Shown here one piece after another: positions 49,625 through 59,313 of a stretch of DNA of 64,000 nt. The translations under genes were made by a program, and so were the position numbers. Under the pieces are notes generated by a model that was not told where the DNA came from, made no database searches, and saw nothing but the letters and a program-made list of their open reading frames with translations. This DNA is from Bacteroidales bacterium (GTDB lineage: Bacteria; Bacteroidota; Bacteroidia; Bacteroidales; UBA3663): NCBI GenBank assembly GCA_045598885.1, contig JAZRVB010000121.1, positions 3,987-67,986 of the forward strand, read 5' to 3'. Within the stretch, counting starts at the first letter, position 1, and every line of letters begins with the position of its first letter.

Positions 49625-50725
49625 ATGCAACGCAGTCCAATCACATTTGATCGTTTTATTCGTGGCATACTTATACTTGTGGGTATAGCATTGGCAATCT
49701 ATCTGATCAATCTGCTCAGTGGAGTGCTGCTTCCGTTTGCGGTGGCAATGCTGTTGTCTTACCTCACTTTCCCTCTGGTTAAGTTCTTGCAGTATAAGTG
49801 TCGCCTGAAGAACCGCCTGATCAGTATTTTCATAGCTTTGATCATCGTGACAGCCTCTGTGGTCGGCTTCTGCTGGTTGCTCATACCACCCATGATAGAA
49901 CAGGGTGAGCATCTGAATGCCATCGTTCAAAGCTACCTGCATCATAAGATACAAGCTACGGATCTTGCTGGTCAGGTAGAAAGCTGGTTCCAGGGAATCT
50001 GGGCTGACGGTTCAGCTCAGCAGTGGTTGAAGGATGCCAACGTGTTGGGTGTTGCCAGAACTGTACTCCCCAAGCTCCTGCACGCCATGACCAGTACTCT
50101 GGGTGTGCTGATGGGCGTCTTTTCTGGATTCATGACTATCCTTTACTGGGTATTCATCATGGTTGACTACGAAAAGATAACCGAAGGATGGATCAAGCTG
50201 ATTCCTGAGCGTTTCAGGGAGCGTGTCCAGATGGTATGTGGTGACGTGGAAGAGGGTATGCGCCGATATTTCAAGATGCAGTCGGTCATTGCGGCTATCG
50301 TAGGTGTGTTGTTTGCAATAGGTTTCTCCATCATTGATCTACCGATGGCTATTAGTCTGGGGCTCTTTATCGGCGTTCTCAATCTGGTGCCATACCTACA
50401 GACATTGGGATTGATACCTGCCGTGATGTTCGCGATGCTGAGAGCCGTAGAATCAGGTCAGAGTATCTGGTTGGCTTTGCTTGGAGTGGCTATAGTATTC
50501 ATTGTAGTGCAAGGAATACAGGATGCGATACTTACACCTCGTCTTATGGGTAAGCGTTTCGGCCTAAATCCGGCTGTGATGCTGCTATCACTCTCTGTAT
50601 GGGGCGCATTGCTTGGTTTCATCGGTCTGATCATTGCTTTGCCGCTGACCACTATTGTCATCAGCTACTATAAGAGATATATCTTGAACAGTTCACAAGA
50701 AACATCTGTCAACAATCCACAATAA
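49625..50725 (+). CDS. AI-2E family transporter (PerM/UPF0118)
   Basis: 366 aa and polytopic. 'LNLVPYLQTLG' and 'QGIQDAILTPRLMGKRFGLNP' are typical conserved blocks. Confidence 0.8.
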   Translation: MQRSPITFDRFIRGILILVGIALAIYLINLLSGVLLPFAVAMLLSYLTFPLVKFLQYKCRLKNRLISIFIALIIVTASVVGFCWLLIPPMIEQGEHLNAIVQSYLHHKIQATDLAGQVESWFQGIWADGSAQQWLKDANVLGVARTVLPKLLHAMTSTLGVLMGVFSGFMTILYWVFIMVDYEKITEGWIKLIPERFRERVQMVCGDVEEGMRRYFKMQSVIAAIVGVLFAIGFSIIDLPMAISLGLFIGVLNLVPYLQTLGLIPAVMFAMLRAVESGQSIWLALLGVAIVFIVVQGIQDAILTPRLMGKRFGLNPAVMLLSLSVWGALLGFIGLIIALPLTTIVISYYKRYILNSSQETSVNNPQ

Positions 50726-50740
50726 AAAGAGATCTGCACG

Positions 50741-53020
50741 ATGATCAAGATACGTTGTGTCATAGACAGCATCGTCTATCAGAACCAGGAAAACGGTTAC
50801 ACCGTGATGAGGGTCAAGGTGAAGGACTATAATGAGCCCGTCACCCTGATCGGCAACCTGCTGGAAGTACCAGTGGGTGCTGTCCTGTTGTGTGATGGTG
50901 ACTGGACTATGGACAAGAAATATGGCCGCCAGTTCAAGGCAGAGACCTATGAGGAGGTCATGCCAGCCACTGTCTATGGCATCGAGAAGTATCTTGGCAG
51001 TGGATTGGTCAAGGGAATAGGACCGAAATATGCCCATCTGATTGTCGAGAAGTTCGGCACAGACACCATCGAGATCATCGAAGACCATATTGAACGTCTG
51101 TATGAAGTCACAGGTATCGGCAAGAAGAGGGTCGAGAAGATCAGGGAGAGTTGGGAGAAGCAGAAGGACATCAAGAATGTGATGCTTTTCCTTCAGCAGT
51201 ATGGTGTCAGTACAGCCTACGCAGCCAAGATATACAGGCAATACGGCAAGGAGAGCATCGATAAGGTGAAGGATAACCCTTACCGACTTGCCGATGACAT
51301 CTGGGGTATCGGCTTCAAGACCGCTGACGGTATTGCCTCGAAGATGGGCTATGAGAAGAATGACCTTAGAAGATGTAAAAGCGGACTCCAATATACCTTG
51401 AACCAGCTGGCAGATGAAGGTCATGTCTTTGCCATCGAGGATCAGTTGGTCAAGGCAGCCATCGAACTGCTCGAAGCCGATGAGGAACCCATCCGACAGG
51501 CGGTAGAGGAGATGATCGCATCTGAAGACCTGATCAAGGAGGCCATTGCCACCACCGAACCACCACAGAGTGCCATTTATCTGCCTCCCTTCTATCACTC
51601 AGAGAAAGGAACCGCCAAGAAACTTCTTTCCCTGCTTTCCGCAAGTACAGGCAATCTCTTCGAGAGTCAGATTGACATTGCTTCCATCGAGAAGATTTCG
51701 GGCATTCAGTACGATGATGTCCAGATTGATGCCATCAAGCAGGCTGCACAGAGCAAGGTGATGGTACTGACGGGTGGTCCTGGTACAGGCAAGACCACCA
51801 CCACGCAGGGCATCATCGCGGCATACAAGGCTGCTGGCATGAGGATTCTGTTGGCCGCACCTACAGGCAGAGCTGCCAAGCGAATGAGTGAAGCCACCGG
51901 CATGGAGGCCAAGACTATACACCGCCTGCTGGAGTACAACCCGCAGGACGGCTACAAGCGTAATGAGGAGGAGCCGCTGGAGGGTGACGCACTGATCGTC
52001 GATGAGTGTTCGATGATCGACATTATTCTGATGTACAACCTTATGAAAGCTGTTCCAGAGCACATGAGGCTAGTATTGGTCGGAGATATAGACCAGCTGC
52101 CGAGTGTCGGTGCCGGTAATGTACTGAGGGATGTTATAGAGTCTGGGGTTATTCCTGTTATCAGGCTGACCCGTATCTTCCGACAGGCACAGACCAGCCG
52201 GATCGTCATGAATGCCCATGCCATCAACCAGGGCAATTTCCCGGACATCACCAATGGCAGGAATACGGATTTCTTCTTCATTAAGAACGAGGATTCTGAA
52301 GCCGTAGCCAACGAGATTGTCAATCTTGTCAAGAACCGATTGCCCAAGGCATACAACCAGCCGTTGAGCAACATACAGGTGCTCACACCTATGCAGCGCA
52401 GCGTGGTGGGTGCTTCCAACCTGAATATGATGCTTCAGCAATCCCTTAATTCCAGCACACTCGGAATCAGCAGGGGTGGTATCACCTACAAGTTAGGTGA
52501 CAGAGTCATGCAGGTCAGGAACAATTACGATAAGAATGTCTTCAACGGTGACATCGGTGTGGTGGAGCGTGTCAATATGGAAGACAGGACGCTAACTATC
52601 CACTTCGATGAAAATCTGGTAGAATACGAAGCCAGTGAACTTGACGAAGTAGTTCTGGCATACGCCACCACAATACACAAGTCACAGGGCTCGGAGTACC
52701 CGATCGTCGTGATCCCAGTGCTGATGACCCATTTCGTCATGCTACAGCGCAACCTCATATACACGGGTATCACACGAGCCAAGAAGATCTGTGTCCTTGT
52801 AGGACAGACCAAGGCATTGTCCTACGCCATACGAAACCTCACGGTCAGCAAGCGCAATACGATGCTGAAGGAACGACTTAGGGGAACCGCAGGTAATGGA
52901 GATCCAAAGCTGACCATCGGTAAGTCCGTCCCATACTTCTATCAGGAAGATGGCGGCTATGCAATGGTAGCGGACGATAATAGCATCGAGTACAGAACAC
53001 AATCACAGAATAAGCAATGA
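50741..53020 (+). CDS. recD2: RecD2-like SF1B ATP-dependent DNA helicase
   Basis: 759 aa. 'VLTGGPGTGKTT', 'LIVDECSMID', 'LVLVGDIDQLPSVGAGNVL', 'AYATTIHKSQGSEYP' and 'LIYTGITRAKK'. The N-terminal region 'YLGSGLVKGIGPKYA' is HhH-type. Confidence 0.9.
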   Translation: MIKIRCVIDSIVYQNQENGYTVMRVKVKDYNEPVTLIGNLLEVPVGAVLLCDGDWTMDKKYGRQFKAETYEEVMPATVYGIEKYLGSGLVKGIGPKYAHLIVEKFGTDTIEIIEDHIERLYEVTGIGKKRVEKIRESWEKQKDIKNVMLFLQQYGVSTAYAAKIYRQYGKESIDKVKDNPYRLADDIWGIGFKTADGIASKMGYEKNDLRRCKSGLQYTLNQLADEGHVFAIEDQLVKAAIELLEADEEPIRQAVEEMIASEDLIKEAIATTEPPQSAIYLPPFYHSEKGTAKKLLSLLSASTGNLFESQIDIASIEKISGIQYDDVQIDAIKQAAQSKVMVLTGGPGTGKTTTTQGIIAAYKAAGMRILLAAPTGRAAKRMSEATGMEAKTIHRLLEYNPQDGYKRNEEEPLEGDALIVDECSMIDIILMYNLMKAVPEHMRLVLVGDIDQLPSVGAGNVLRDVIESGVIPVIRLTRIFRQAQTSRIVMNAHAINQGNFPDITNGRNTDFFFIKNEDSEAVANEIVNLVKNRLPKAYNQPLSNIQVLTPMQRSVVGASNLNMMLQQSLNSSTLGISRGGITYKLGDRVMQVRNNYDKNVFNGDIGVVERVNMEDRTLTIHFDENLVEYEASELDEVVLAYATTIHKSQGSEYPIVVIPVLMTHFVMLQRNLIYTGITRAKKICVLVGQTKALSYAIRNLTVSKRNTMLKERLRGTAGNGDPKLTIGKSVPYFYQEDGGYAMVADDNSIEYRTQSQNKQ

Positions 53021-53394
53021 TCAACATAGACAACCTATCTCCATCAGCTCTGGAAACCTATCAGGCAACCAGAAAGGCCATGTATCTTGTCCTTGCCCGT
53101 ATGCACGATATGGGTATGAACCCAGACATAGAGAAGGCACAGGGCAACGAGATACTGAGCGTGAACACCTTCATGCTTGGTCAGGCCTTTATCGGCAATG
53201 ATTCCATGCTCAAAGAAAAGAACCCTCTGGAGAATGTTGCTGCAATAGAGGAAACCTACCGCGCAGTTCTCAGTAAAGTTCCGCTTGATGAGGAGATCGT
53301 TAAGTTTATGACTGACGAATCACAGCTGGCTTTCTTGCTATTCCTGTGTGGAGGTGCCAAGGTATGGTTCGAGAATAATACATCAGAGCAATGA
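53017..53394 (+). CDS. Hypothetical protein
   Basis: 125 aa, overlapping both neighbours by 4 nt. No family recognised. Confidence 0.45.
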   Translation: MINIDNLSPSALETYQATRKAMYLVLARMHDMGMNPDIEKAQGNEILSVNTFMLGQAFIGNDSMLKEKNPLENVAAIEETYRAVLSKVPLDEEIVKFMTDESQLAFLLFLCGGAKVWFENNTSEQ

Positions 53395-54188
53395 CAGAAT
53401 TTGAAAAGATGCGACATGGTGAGTTCTATGACTACACCAACGACGAAGGCAATGCCAGTAATCAACGGGCAAGGCAGTTGTGTGCAAGGTTACAGACCAT
53501 GACTTTGGAGGATCAGGATTACCGCAAGGTCATGGAAGAACTGATCCCTGGCATCCCTGCATCGTCGATTGTCAATCCGCCTTTCCATTGTGATCATGGT
53601 CATGGCATCCGTCTGGGTGAGAATGTCTTCATCAACTACAATGCCACGATGCTCGATGGCGGTATGATCACTATCGGTGACAACTGTCAGATCGGACCGA
53701 ACTGTCAGCTGGTGACACCTAATCATCCGATTGACTATGTGGAGCGACGCAAGCCTATCGAGCGTTGTCTTCCTATTACGATTGGCAATGACTGTTGGTT
53801 GGGAGCAGGAGTTATTGTCTGCCCAGGAGTGACCATCGGTGACCGTTGTGTGATAGGAGCTGGCAGTGTGGTAGTGAAAGACATCCCTTCTGACAGCATG
53901 GCAGTAGGTAATCCTGCAAGGGTCATCAAGAAGCTTGTCTCAGAGAATAGGGATGAGCAGTTCCAGTCTTTGCTCGAAGGTCTGTTGAAGATTTTTACAG
54001 AAAAAGGCTATACGGCCGAGGATTTCTATGGAGGGTGTACTCTTTGTGGTGATGCCAATGAGTTTGCTCTTGACATCATAGATGCAGCCGTCAAGCAGGC
54101 TGTTCCAGATATCACTCAACAGGAATTGAATAAGACTACCAATAAGCTCTACCAAGATTTGCATAGACTGTTGTCGGAAGCAGATTGA
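53391..54188 (+). CDS. Sugar (maltose/galactoside-type) O-acetyltransferase with a ~70-aa C-terminal extension
   Basis: 'NPPFHCDHGHGIRLGENVFINYNATMLD' plus hexapeptide repeats 'IGDNCQIGPNCQL' and 'IGNDCWLGAGVIVCPGVTIGDRCVIGAGSVV'. Confidence 0.8.
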   Translation: MTEFEKMRHGEFYDYTNDEGNASNQRARQLCARLQTMTLEDQDYRKVMEELIPGIPASSIVNPPFHCDHGHGIRLGENVFINYNATMLDGGMITIGDNCQIGPNCQLVTPNHPIDYVERRKPIERCLPITIGNDCWLGAGVIVCPGVTIGDRCVIGAGSVVVKDIPSDSMAVGNPARVIKKLVSENRDEQFQSLLEGLLKIFTEKGYTAEDFYGGCTLCGDANEFALDIIDAAVKQAVPDITQQELNKTTNKLYQDLHRLLSEAD

Positions 54189-54234
54189 TAGAGTCAAAGA
54201 ACAATTAGAAACAACAAGTAAAATATAAAGTACA

Positions 54235-55404
54235 ATGGTAAATTTTGATTATCAGACACCGACCCGACTCATTTTCGGTAAGGGTGTAGTTGCAGAGAAG
54301 CTTAAGGGCGTAATGGACAAGTTCGGAAAGAAGGTACTCCTCACTTATGGTGGTGGCAGTATCAAGCGTAGCGGTCTCTATGACCAGGTCAAGGAAATCC
54401 TGAAGGATAAGGAGATCTTTGAACTGGGTGGCATTGAACCAAACCCTAAGTACAATCCAAGCGTACTGGAGGGTGTCAAGATCTGCAAGGAGCAGAAGAT
54501 CGACGTGATCCTCTCGGTAGGTGGTGGCTCTGTCCTTGACTGTACGAAGGCTATCGCAGGTGCAGCATGTTCGGATGCTGATCCTTGGGATGTGGTGACT
54601 GGCAAGGTACGCAATACGAGTGCTGTACCTATCGTGGACATCATCACGCTGGCAGCTACCGGTTCGGAGTATGACTGCGGTGGCGTGATCTCTCGTACCG
54701 AGACCAACGACAAGCTGGCTTATTTCTCACCTTTTGTTTTCCCTGCTGTCTCATTTATCGACCCAACCTATACCTTCACTCTGCCAGTGATGCAGACCCT
54801 TGCAGGTGTAGCAGACTGCATCAACCACATCATGGAGCAGTACTTCTGTGGTGAGCACATCATGATGAACGATGCTTTCATGGAGGGTGCTATCAAGTCG
54901 CTGATGAAGAATGTCAAGATCGTACTTGATGATCCAGAGAACTACGATGCCCGTGCTGAGATCTTCTATGCCACTACTTTGGGTTGTAATGGCATCTATG
55001 CCCTGGGCAACAGCGCAAGCGGCTGGCCAATGCACAGCATCGAGCACGCGCTTTCAGCATATTATGACATCACCCACGGTATCGGTCTTGCCATCGTCAC
55101 CCCACGCTGGATGAAGCACATTCTCAATGAGAATACCATCGAGCGTTTTGTCAGCTTTGGAAAGGGTGTATTCGGTATTGACCCAGAGTTGCCAGAGATT
55201 GAGATTGCTATGATGGCAATCAAGGCAATCCATGACTTCTACAAGGAGATTGGCGTACCTATGACCCTCCGTGAAGTAGGCATCGATGAGAGTCGTATCG
55301 ATGAGATGGCAAAGCACATCGCCGATAACGAGGGTCTTGAAAATGCCTGGGCTCCACTTCTTGAGAAGGACATCAAGGAAATACTGATTGATTGTCTTGA
55401 CTAA
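54235..55404 (+). CDS. Iron-containing (group III, YqhD/butanol-type) alcohol dehydrogenase
   Basis: 389 aa. 'GGGSVLDCTKAIA', 'LATGSE' and 'HSIEHALSAYYDITHGIGLA' (metal-binding His blocks). Confidence 0.85.
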   Translation: MVNFDYQTPTRLIFGKGVVAEKLKGVMDKFGKKVLLTYGGGSIKRSGLYDQVKEILKDKEIFELGGIEPNPKYNPSVLEGVKICKEQKIDVILSVGGGSVLDCTKAIAGAACSDADPWDVVTGKVRNTSAVPIVDIITLAATGSEYDCGGVISRTETNDKLAYFSPFVFPAVSFIDPTYTFTLPVMQTLAGVADCINHIMEQYFCGEHIMMNDAFMEGAIKSLMKNVKIVLDDPENYDARAEIFYATTLGCNGIYALGNSASGWPMHSIEHALSAYYDITHGIGLAIVTPRWMKHILNENTIERFVSFGKGVFGIDPELPEIEIAMMAIKAIHDFYKEIGVPMTLREVGIDESRIDEMAKHIADNEGLENAWAPLLEKDIKEILIDCLD

Positions 55405-55406
55405 CG

Positions 55407-55898
55407 ATGCAGGATTTCGCCGCGATTGACTTTGAGACCGCGAACAGCGAGTGCAGCAGCGTGTGTTCCGTAGGAATAGTCGTAGTGCGAGGGGGTGAGG
55501 TAGTAGATTCGTTCTACTCCCTCATCCAGCCAGAGCCCAACTACTACAACTATTTCTGTCAGCGTGTCCATGGACTTAGCTGTCGAGATACCGATGATGC
55601 ACCTGTCTTCCCTCGTGTCTGGGAGCAGATAGAGCCGCTGATCGAGGGTCTTCCGTTAGTCGCACATAACGCGAGGTTTGACCAGGGATGCTTAAAGGCT
55701 GTCTTCAGGGTGTATCAAATGGATTATCCTGAGTATGTGTTCTATGATACGCTGAAAGCCTCTCGAAAGGCATTCCCTGATGCTCCAAACCACCAGCTCC
55801 ATACTGTTTCGGCACTATGTGGCTACGATCTGAAGAATCATCACCATGCTTTGGCTGACGCTGAAGCTGCGGCTGCCATTGCCATTAAGATATTATAA
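55407..55898 (+). CDS. DnaQ-like 3'-5' exonuclease
   Basis: 163 aa. 'AAIDFETAN' (Exo I), 'LVAHNARFD' (Exo II) and 'HHALADAEA' (Exo III). Confidence 0.85.
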   Translation: MQDFAAIDFETANSECSSVCSVGIVVVRGGEVVDSFYSLIQPEPNYYNYFCQRVHGLSCRDTDDAPVFPRVWEQIEPLIEGLPLVAHNARFDQGCLKAVFRVYQMDYPEYVFYDTLKASRKAFPDAPNHQLHTVSALCGYDLKNHHHALADAEAAAAIAIKIL

Positions 55899-55901
55899 TT
55901 T

Positions 55902-56546
55902 ATGAGTAAGACCGCTCTCGTAATCGGTGCTACAGGTGCTACGGGTAAGGATCTCGTCGCTCAGCTGCTGGAAGATTCATCATTTGACAATGTCCATATT
56001 TTTGTCAGACGCGATGTCGATCTCCATCATGACAAACTTCATGTCCATGTCGTGGACTTTGACAAGATGGATGAATGGAAAGACCATCTGCAGGGTGACG
56101 TACTGTTTTCTGCCCTTGGCACTACCATCAAGAATGCAGGAAGCCAACAGGCTCAGTGGAAGATTGACTACACCTATCAGTACGAGGTGGCAAAGGCAGC
56201 CAAGGCAAATGGCGTTGAGTCGATGGCTCTTGTCTCTTCGGCATGGGCTACCGCTGATTCAAAAGTTTTCTATACCCGTATGAAGGGGCAGTTGGAAGAG
56301 GATGTCAAGAAGCTTGGCTTCAGAAGCCTCTTTATCATGCGCCCACCCTCGCTGATCCGCAAGGACACAGACCGATTTGGTGAAAGACTCAGTGTAAGTC
56401 TTCTTCAGGCTCTGAACAAGATTGGATTGTTGAAGTCACTACGTCCTATGCCCACGGCACAGGTCGCCAAAGCTATGATTGCTATGGCCAAGGAAGGGAA
56501 AGAGGGTATTTTTACCCTTGAACCCAAGGATCTCTGGAACATATAA
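55902..56546 (+). CDS. NAD(P)H-binding (atypical SDR, HTATIP2-like) protein
   Basis: 214 aa with the 'VIGATGATGKDLV' Rossmann motif. Confidence 0.7.
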   Translation: MSKTALVIGATGATGKDLVAQLLEDSSFDNVHIFVRRDVDLHHDKLHVHVVDFDKMDEWKDHLQGDVLFSALGTTIKNAGSQQAQWKIDYTYQYEVAKAAKANGVESMALVSSAWATADSKVFYTRMKGQLEEDVKKLGFRSLFIMRPPSLIRKDTDRFGERLSVSLLQALNKIGLLKSLRPMPTAQVAKAMIAMAKEGKEGIFTLEPKDLWNI

Positions 56547-56564
56547 TAACATTTTTGTACAAAG

Positions 56565-57182
56565 ATGATAAAATCTCTCTATATTGCAGCTTCATTGCTA
56601 CTGTTCTCGGGTTGTGAGAAGAAGCAGGAGCATAAGTGTGTCTGCCCATTGCCTTCAGGACTTGAAGTCGAGGCATTGACAGACTGTACAGTTCCAGCCT
56701 CATTCACTGCGGATGATTTCCGCTGGATGGGTGGCAATCTCAGCCTGACTGTTTATAAAGAAGAACTCTATGATGCCGTCGAGGTTTCACAGATGCAGAT
56801 AGGCGATACTATAGTCTATCAAGGTAATCCTATGATCATTACGAGTCTCGAAGAAGAGAACGGTACCCTAAATGTCAACGGTGGCGTTGAGATGGGTGGC
56901 TGTTGGCTTAAGGGGTATGAAGGAGGAACCTACAGGGCATACACCTTCGATGACCATTCCATCTATAGCAAACTGGGCACATCCGAGGTAGCCTTGTCTG
57001 AGGATTTCGTCATCATAGACTGCCATGAGTTTCCAGATGAACCGTCGGATACTATCCGCACGGATCAGAAGCTCTATCTCGAAAATCTCGAAGACAATCG
57101 TAAGGAGTTCTATTCGATCAATACGAGGGTAGTCATCGAGAATGGTATGATTACAGAGATTAATCGTCGCTGGATTCCATGA
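56565..57182 (+). CDS. Hypothetical lipoprotein
   Basis: 205 aa with lipobox 'LLFSGC'. No family recognised. Confidence 0.5.
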   Translation: MIKSLYIAASLLLFSGCEKKQEHKCVCPLPSGLEVEALTDCTVPASFTADDFRWMGGNLSLTVYKEELYDAVEVSQMQIGDTIVYQGNPMIITSLEEENGTLNVNGGVEMGGCWLKGYEGGTYRAYTFDDHSIYSKLGTSEVALSEDFVIIDCHEFPDEPSDTIRTDQKLYLENLEDNRKEFYSINTRVVIENGMITEINRRWIP

Positions 57183-57245
57183 TAATAATATAGAAGAAAT
57201 CATATTGTATGGTCAAAGATATTGAGCCATAGTACTGTCAAAAAT

Positions 57246-58874
57246 ATGAAAAAGTTATTACTTTTACTCTTGGTGTCGCTTTTGTTCAGCAACACATTTG
57301 CTCAGGGATTTAAGAATCCAGTACTTCCTGGTTTCCACGCAGACCCTTCTGTCTGCCGGGCAGGTGAGGACTTCTATCTGGTCAACTCCACTTTCCAGTT
57401 CTTTCCTGGTGTACCTGTGTTTCATAGCAAGGATCTGATCCACTGGGAGCAGGTAGGCAACTGCCTGACTCGCCCTTCGCAACTCGATCTGTCAGGTCTA
57501 TATGATCAGCAGAATCCAGAATTAGGATGGACGAACGGCGGTATCTACGCATCAACCATCCGCTATAATGAGAGCAACAAGCGTTTCTATATGGTTACTA
57601 CAGTCTTCCCGTCACGCCGGCATTTCTACGTATGGACAGATGATCCTGCCGGAGAGTGGTCAGACCCTGTAGTGATTGACTTCGCCATTGGAAGTTGTGA
57701 CCCTACGCTTTACTTTGAGGGAGATAAGACATATTTCCTTTGGAAAGAAGGTGACATCAAGATCTGTGAAATTGACGTAGAGACAGGTAAGCAGCTGGGT
57801 GAAATACATCATCTGGGTACAGGTCTTGGTGGCCGTTACCCTGAAGGCCCACACATCTATAAGAAAGATGGTTACTACTACATGATGCTCGCTGAAGGAG
57901 GTACGGAACACGGTCATCAAGTCAACATCCTCAGAAGTCGTAATCTTTTCGGCCCTTATGAATCGAACCGTGCCAATCCTATTCTCTCGCATTTCAATAT
58001 GGAGATGCAAGGTAGCGAAATCCAAGGCCTCGGTCATGCAGACCTCGTACAGGCACCCGATTCATCGTGGTGGATGATCTGTCTCGGCTATCGTACGAGC
58101 GGTTATCTGCTGCATGTGATGGGACGCGAGACGATGCTTGCTCCTGTGCGCTGGGAAGAGAATGCCTGGCCAGTAGTGAATGGCAACGGTACACTGGCTG
58201 TAGATATGAAGTGCAGGACTTTGCCACAGGTGACGATGCCTGTTGATCCTGAGCGTGAGGAGTTCAACTACATAAAGCGCAATGTGCCATCAGACAGTTA
58301 CAGTTCCATCGGTCTGCCTTGGGGATGGATGAGCATCGGCAATCCTGACTATTCATGCTACTCGCTCACTGAGCGTAAGGGCTGGCTCCGTCTGAGCCTT
58401 ACAACTACCACGATCGATGCTGCCACTTCTCCGACATTCGTTGCAAGAAGACAAACAGAGAAAAGCTTTAAAGCAACTACCTTGCTCGATGCGTCATATC
58501 TTGCCGAAGGTTCACAGGCTGGTATTACGGCTTTTGCTGCACCGCTCAATCACTATGATGTCATTGTTGAGAATCGTGGAGGACAGTTTGTCGTTCGTCC
58601 TAATATACGTCTTGGAGAACTCTCCCATGCCGAAAAAGAAATAACTTTGAAAGGTAAGAAAGCGTATCTGCGCATCAGTTCCGACGGAGCTTATTATTAC
58701 ATGCAGGTCTCAGAGAATGGGAAAACATTTGAGACGCTCTGCAAGATGGATTTCCGCTACCTCTCTACCGAAGTCATCGGTGGCTTTACTGGTGTGATGC
58801 TCGGTGTCTTTGCCCAAGGAACGGACAAGAAGGGCTATGCCGATTTTGATTGGTTTGAGTATAAGACAGAATAA
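57246..58874 (+). CDS. Glycoside hydrolase family 43 protein (beta-xylosidase/arabinofuranosidase type) with a C-terminal beta-sandwich domain
   Basis: Start taken at MKKLLLLLLVSLLFSNTFAQ. 'NPVLPGFHADPSV', 'FPGVPVFHSKDLIHW', 'IYASTIRY', 'CDPTLYFEGD' and 'EGPHIYKKDGYYYMMLAEGG'. Confidence 0.85.
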   Translation: MKKLLLLLLVSLLFSNTFAQGFKNPVLPGFHADPSVCRAGEDFYLVNSTFQFFPGVPVFHSKDLIHWEQVGNCLTRPSQLDLSGLYDQQNPELGWTNGGIYASTIRYNESNKRFYMVTTVFPSRRHFYVWTDDPAGEWSDPVVIDFAIGSCDPTLYFEGDKTYFLWKEGDIKICEIDVETGKQLGEIHHLGTGLGGRYPEGPHIYKKDGYYYMMLAEGGTEHGHQVNILRSRNLFGPYESNRANPILSHFNMEMQGSEIQGLGHADLVQAPDSSWWMICLGYRTSGYLLHVMGRETMLAPVRWEENAWPVVNGNGTLAVDMKCRTLPQVTMPVDPEREEFNYIKRNVPSDSYSSIGLPWGWMSIGNPDYSCYSLTERKGWLRLSLTTTTIDAATSPTFVARRQTEKSFKATTLLDASYLAEGSQAGITAFAAPLNHYDVIVENRGGQFVVRPNIRLGELSHAEKEITLKGKKAYLRISSDGAYYYMQVSENGKTFETLCKMDFRYLSTEVIGGFTGVMLGVFAQGTDKKGYADFDWFEYKTE

Positions 58875-59309
58875 ATGAACGAAATAATATTTCTAACACC
58901 TGATCTTAGTTCAGAGTTGCCTCTGATGTATGCAGATGGAGGAATACCTGCGGGTTTCCCTTCACCTGCTCAGGATTATGTCGATGGTACGCTTGATCTG
59001 AACAAGGAACTCGTCGAGCATCCTGCCGCCTCGTTCTATGCGAGGGTCAAGGGCAGTTCCATGGCTCCGGGCATCGTAGAGGATGACATCCTTCTGGTCG
59101 ATCGAAGCCTTGAACCCTTCGACGGATGTATAGCCGTCTGCTGTCTGAACCATGAGTTCACCATCAAGCGGCTTGACATGAGCCGTAAGGATAAGGGTAT
59201 CATACGCCTTGTGCCTGACAATCCTGAGTATTCGGTCATCGAAATCGAGGAGGAAGACCAGTTCATCCTCTGGGGTGTCGTGAAGTATGTAATCCATAAG
59301 ACCGTCTGA
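58875..59309 (+). CDS. umuD: UmuD-like S24 (LexA-family) self-cleaving subunit of Pol V
   Basis: 144 aa. 'ARVKGSSMAPGIVEDDILLVDRS' carries the catalytic Ser and '...FTIKRL' the Lys. It lies directly upstream of umuC. Confidence 0.8.
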   Translation: MNEIIFLTPDLSSELPLMYADGGIPAGFPSPAQDYVDGTLDLNKELVEHPAASFYARVKGSSMAPGIVEDDILLVDRSLEPFDGCIAVCCLNHEFTIKRLDMSRKDKGIIRLVPDNPEYSVIEIEEEDQFILWGVVKYVIHKTV

Positions 59310-59313
59310 TAAG

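Noticed and set aside
50693-51598. 301-aa minus-strand ORF over the recD2-like start
   Set aside because: It is antisense to a helicase with all SF1 motifs, and no motif of its own is visible.
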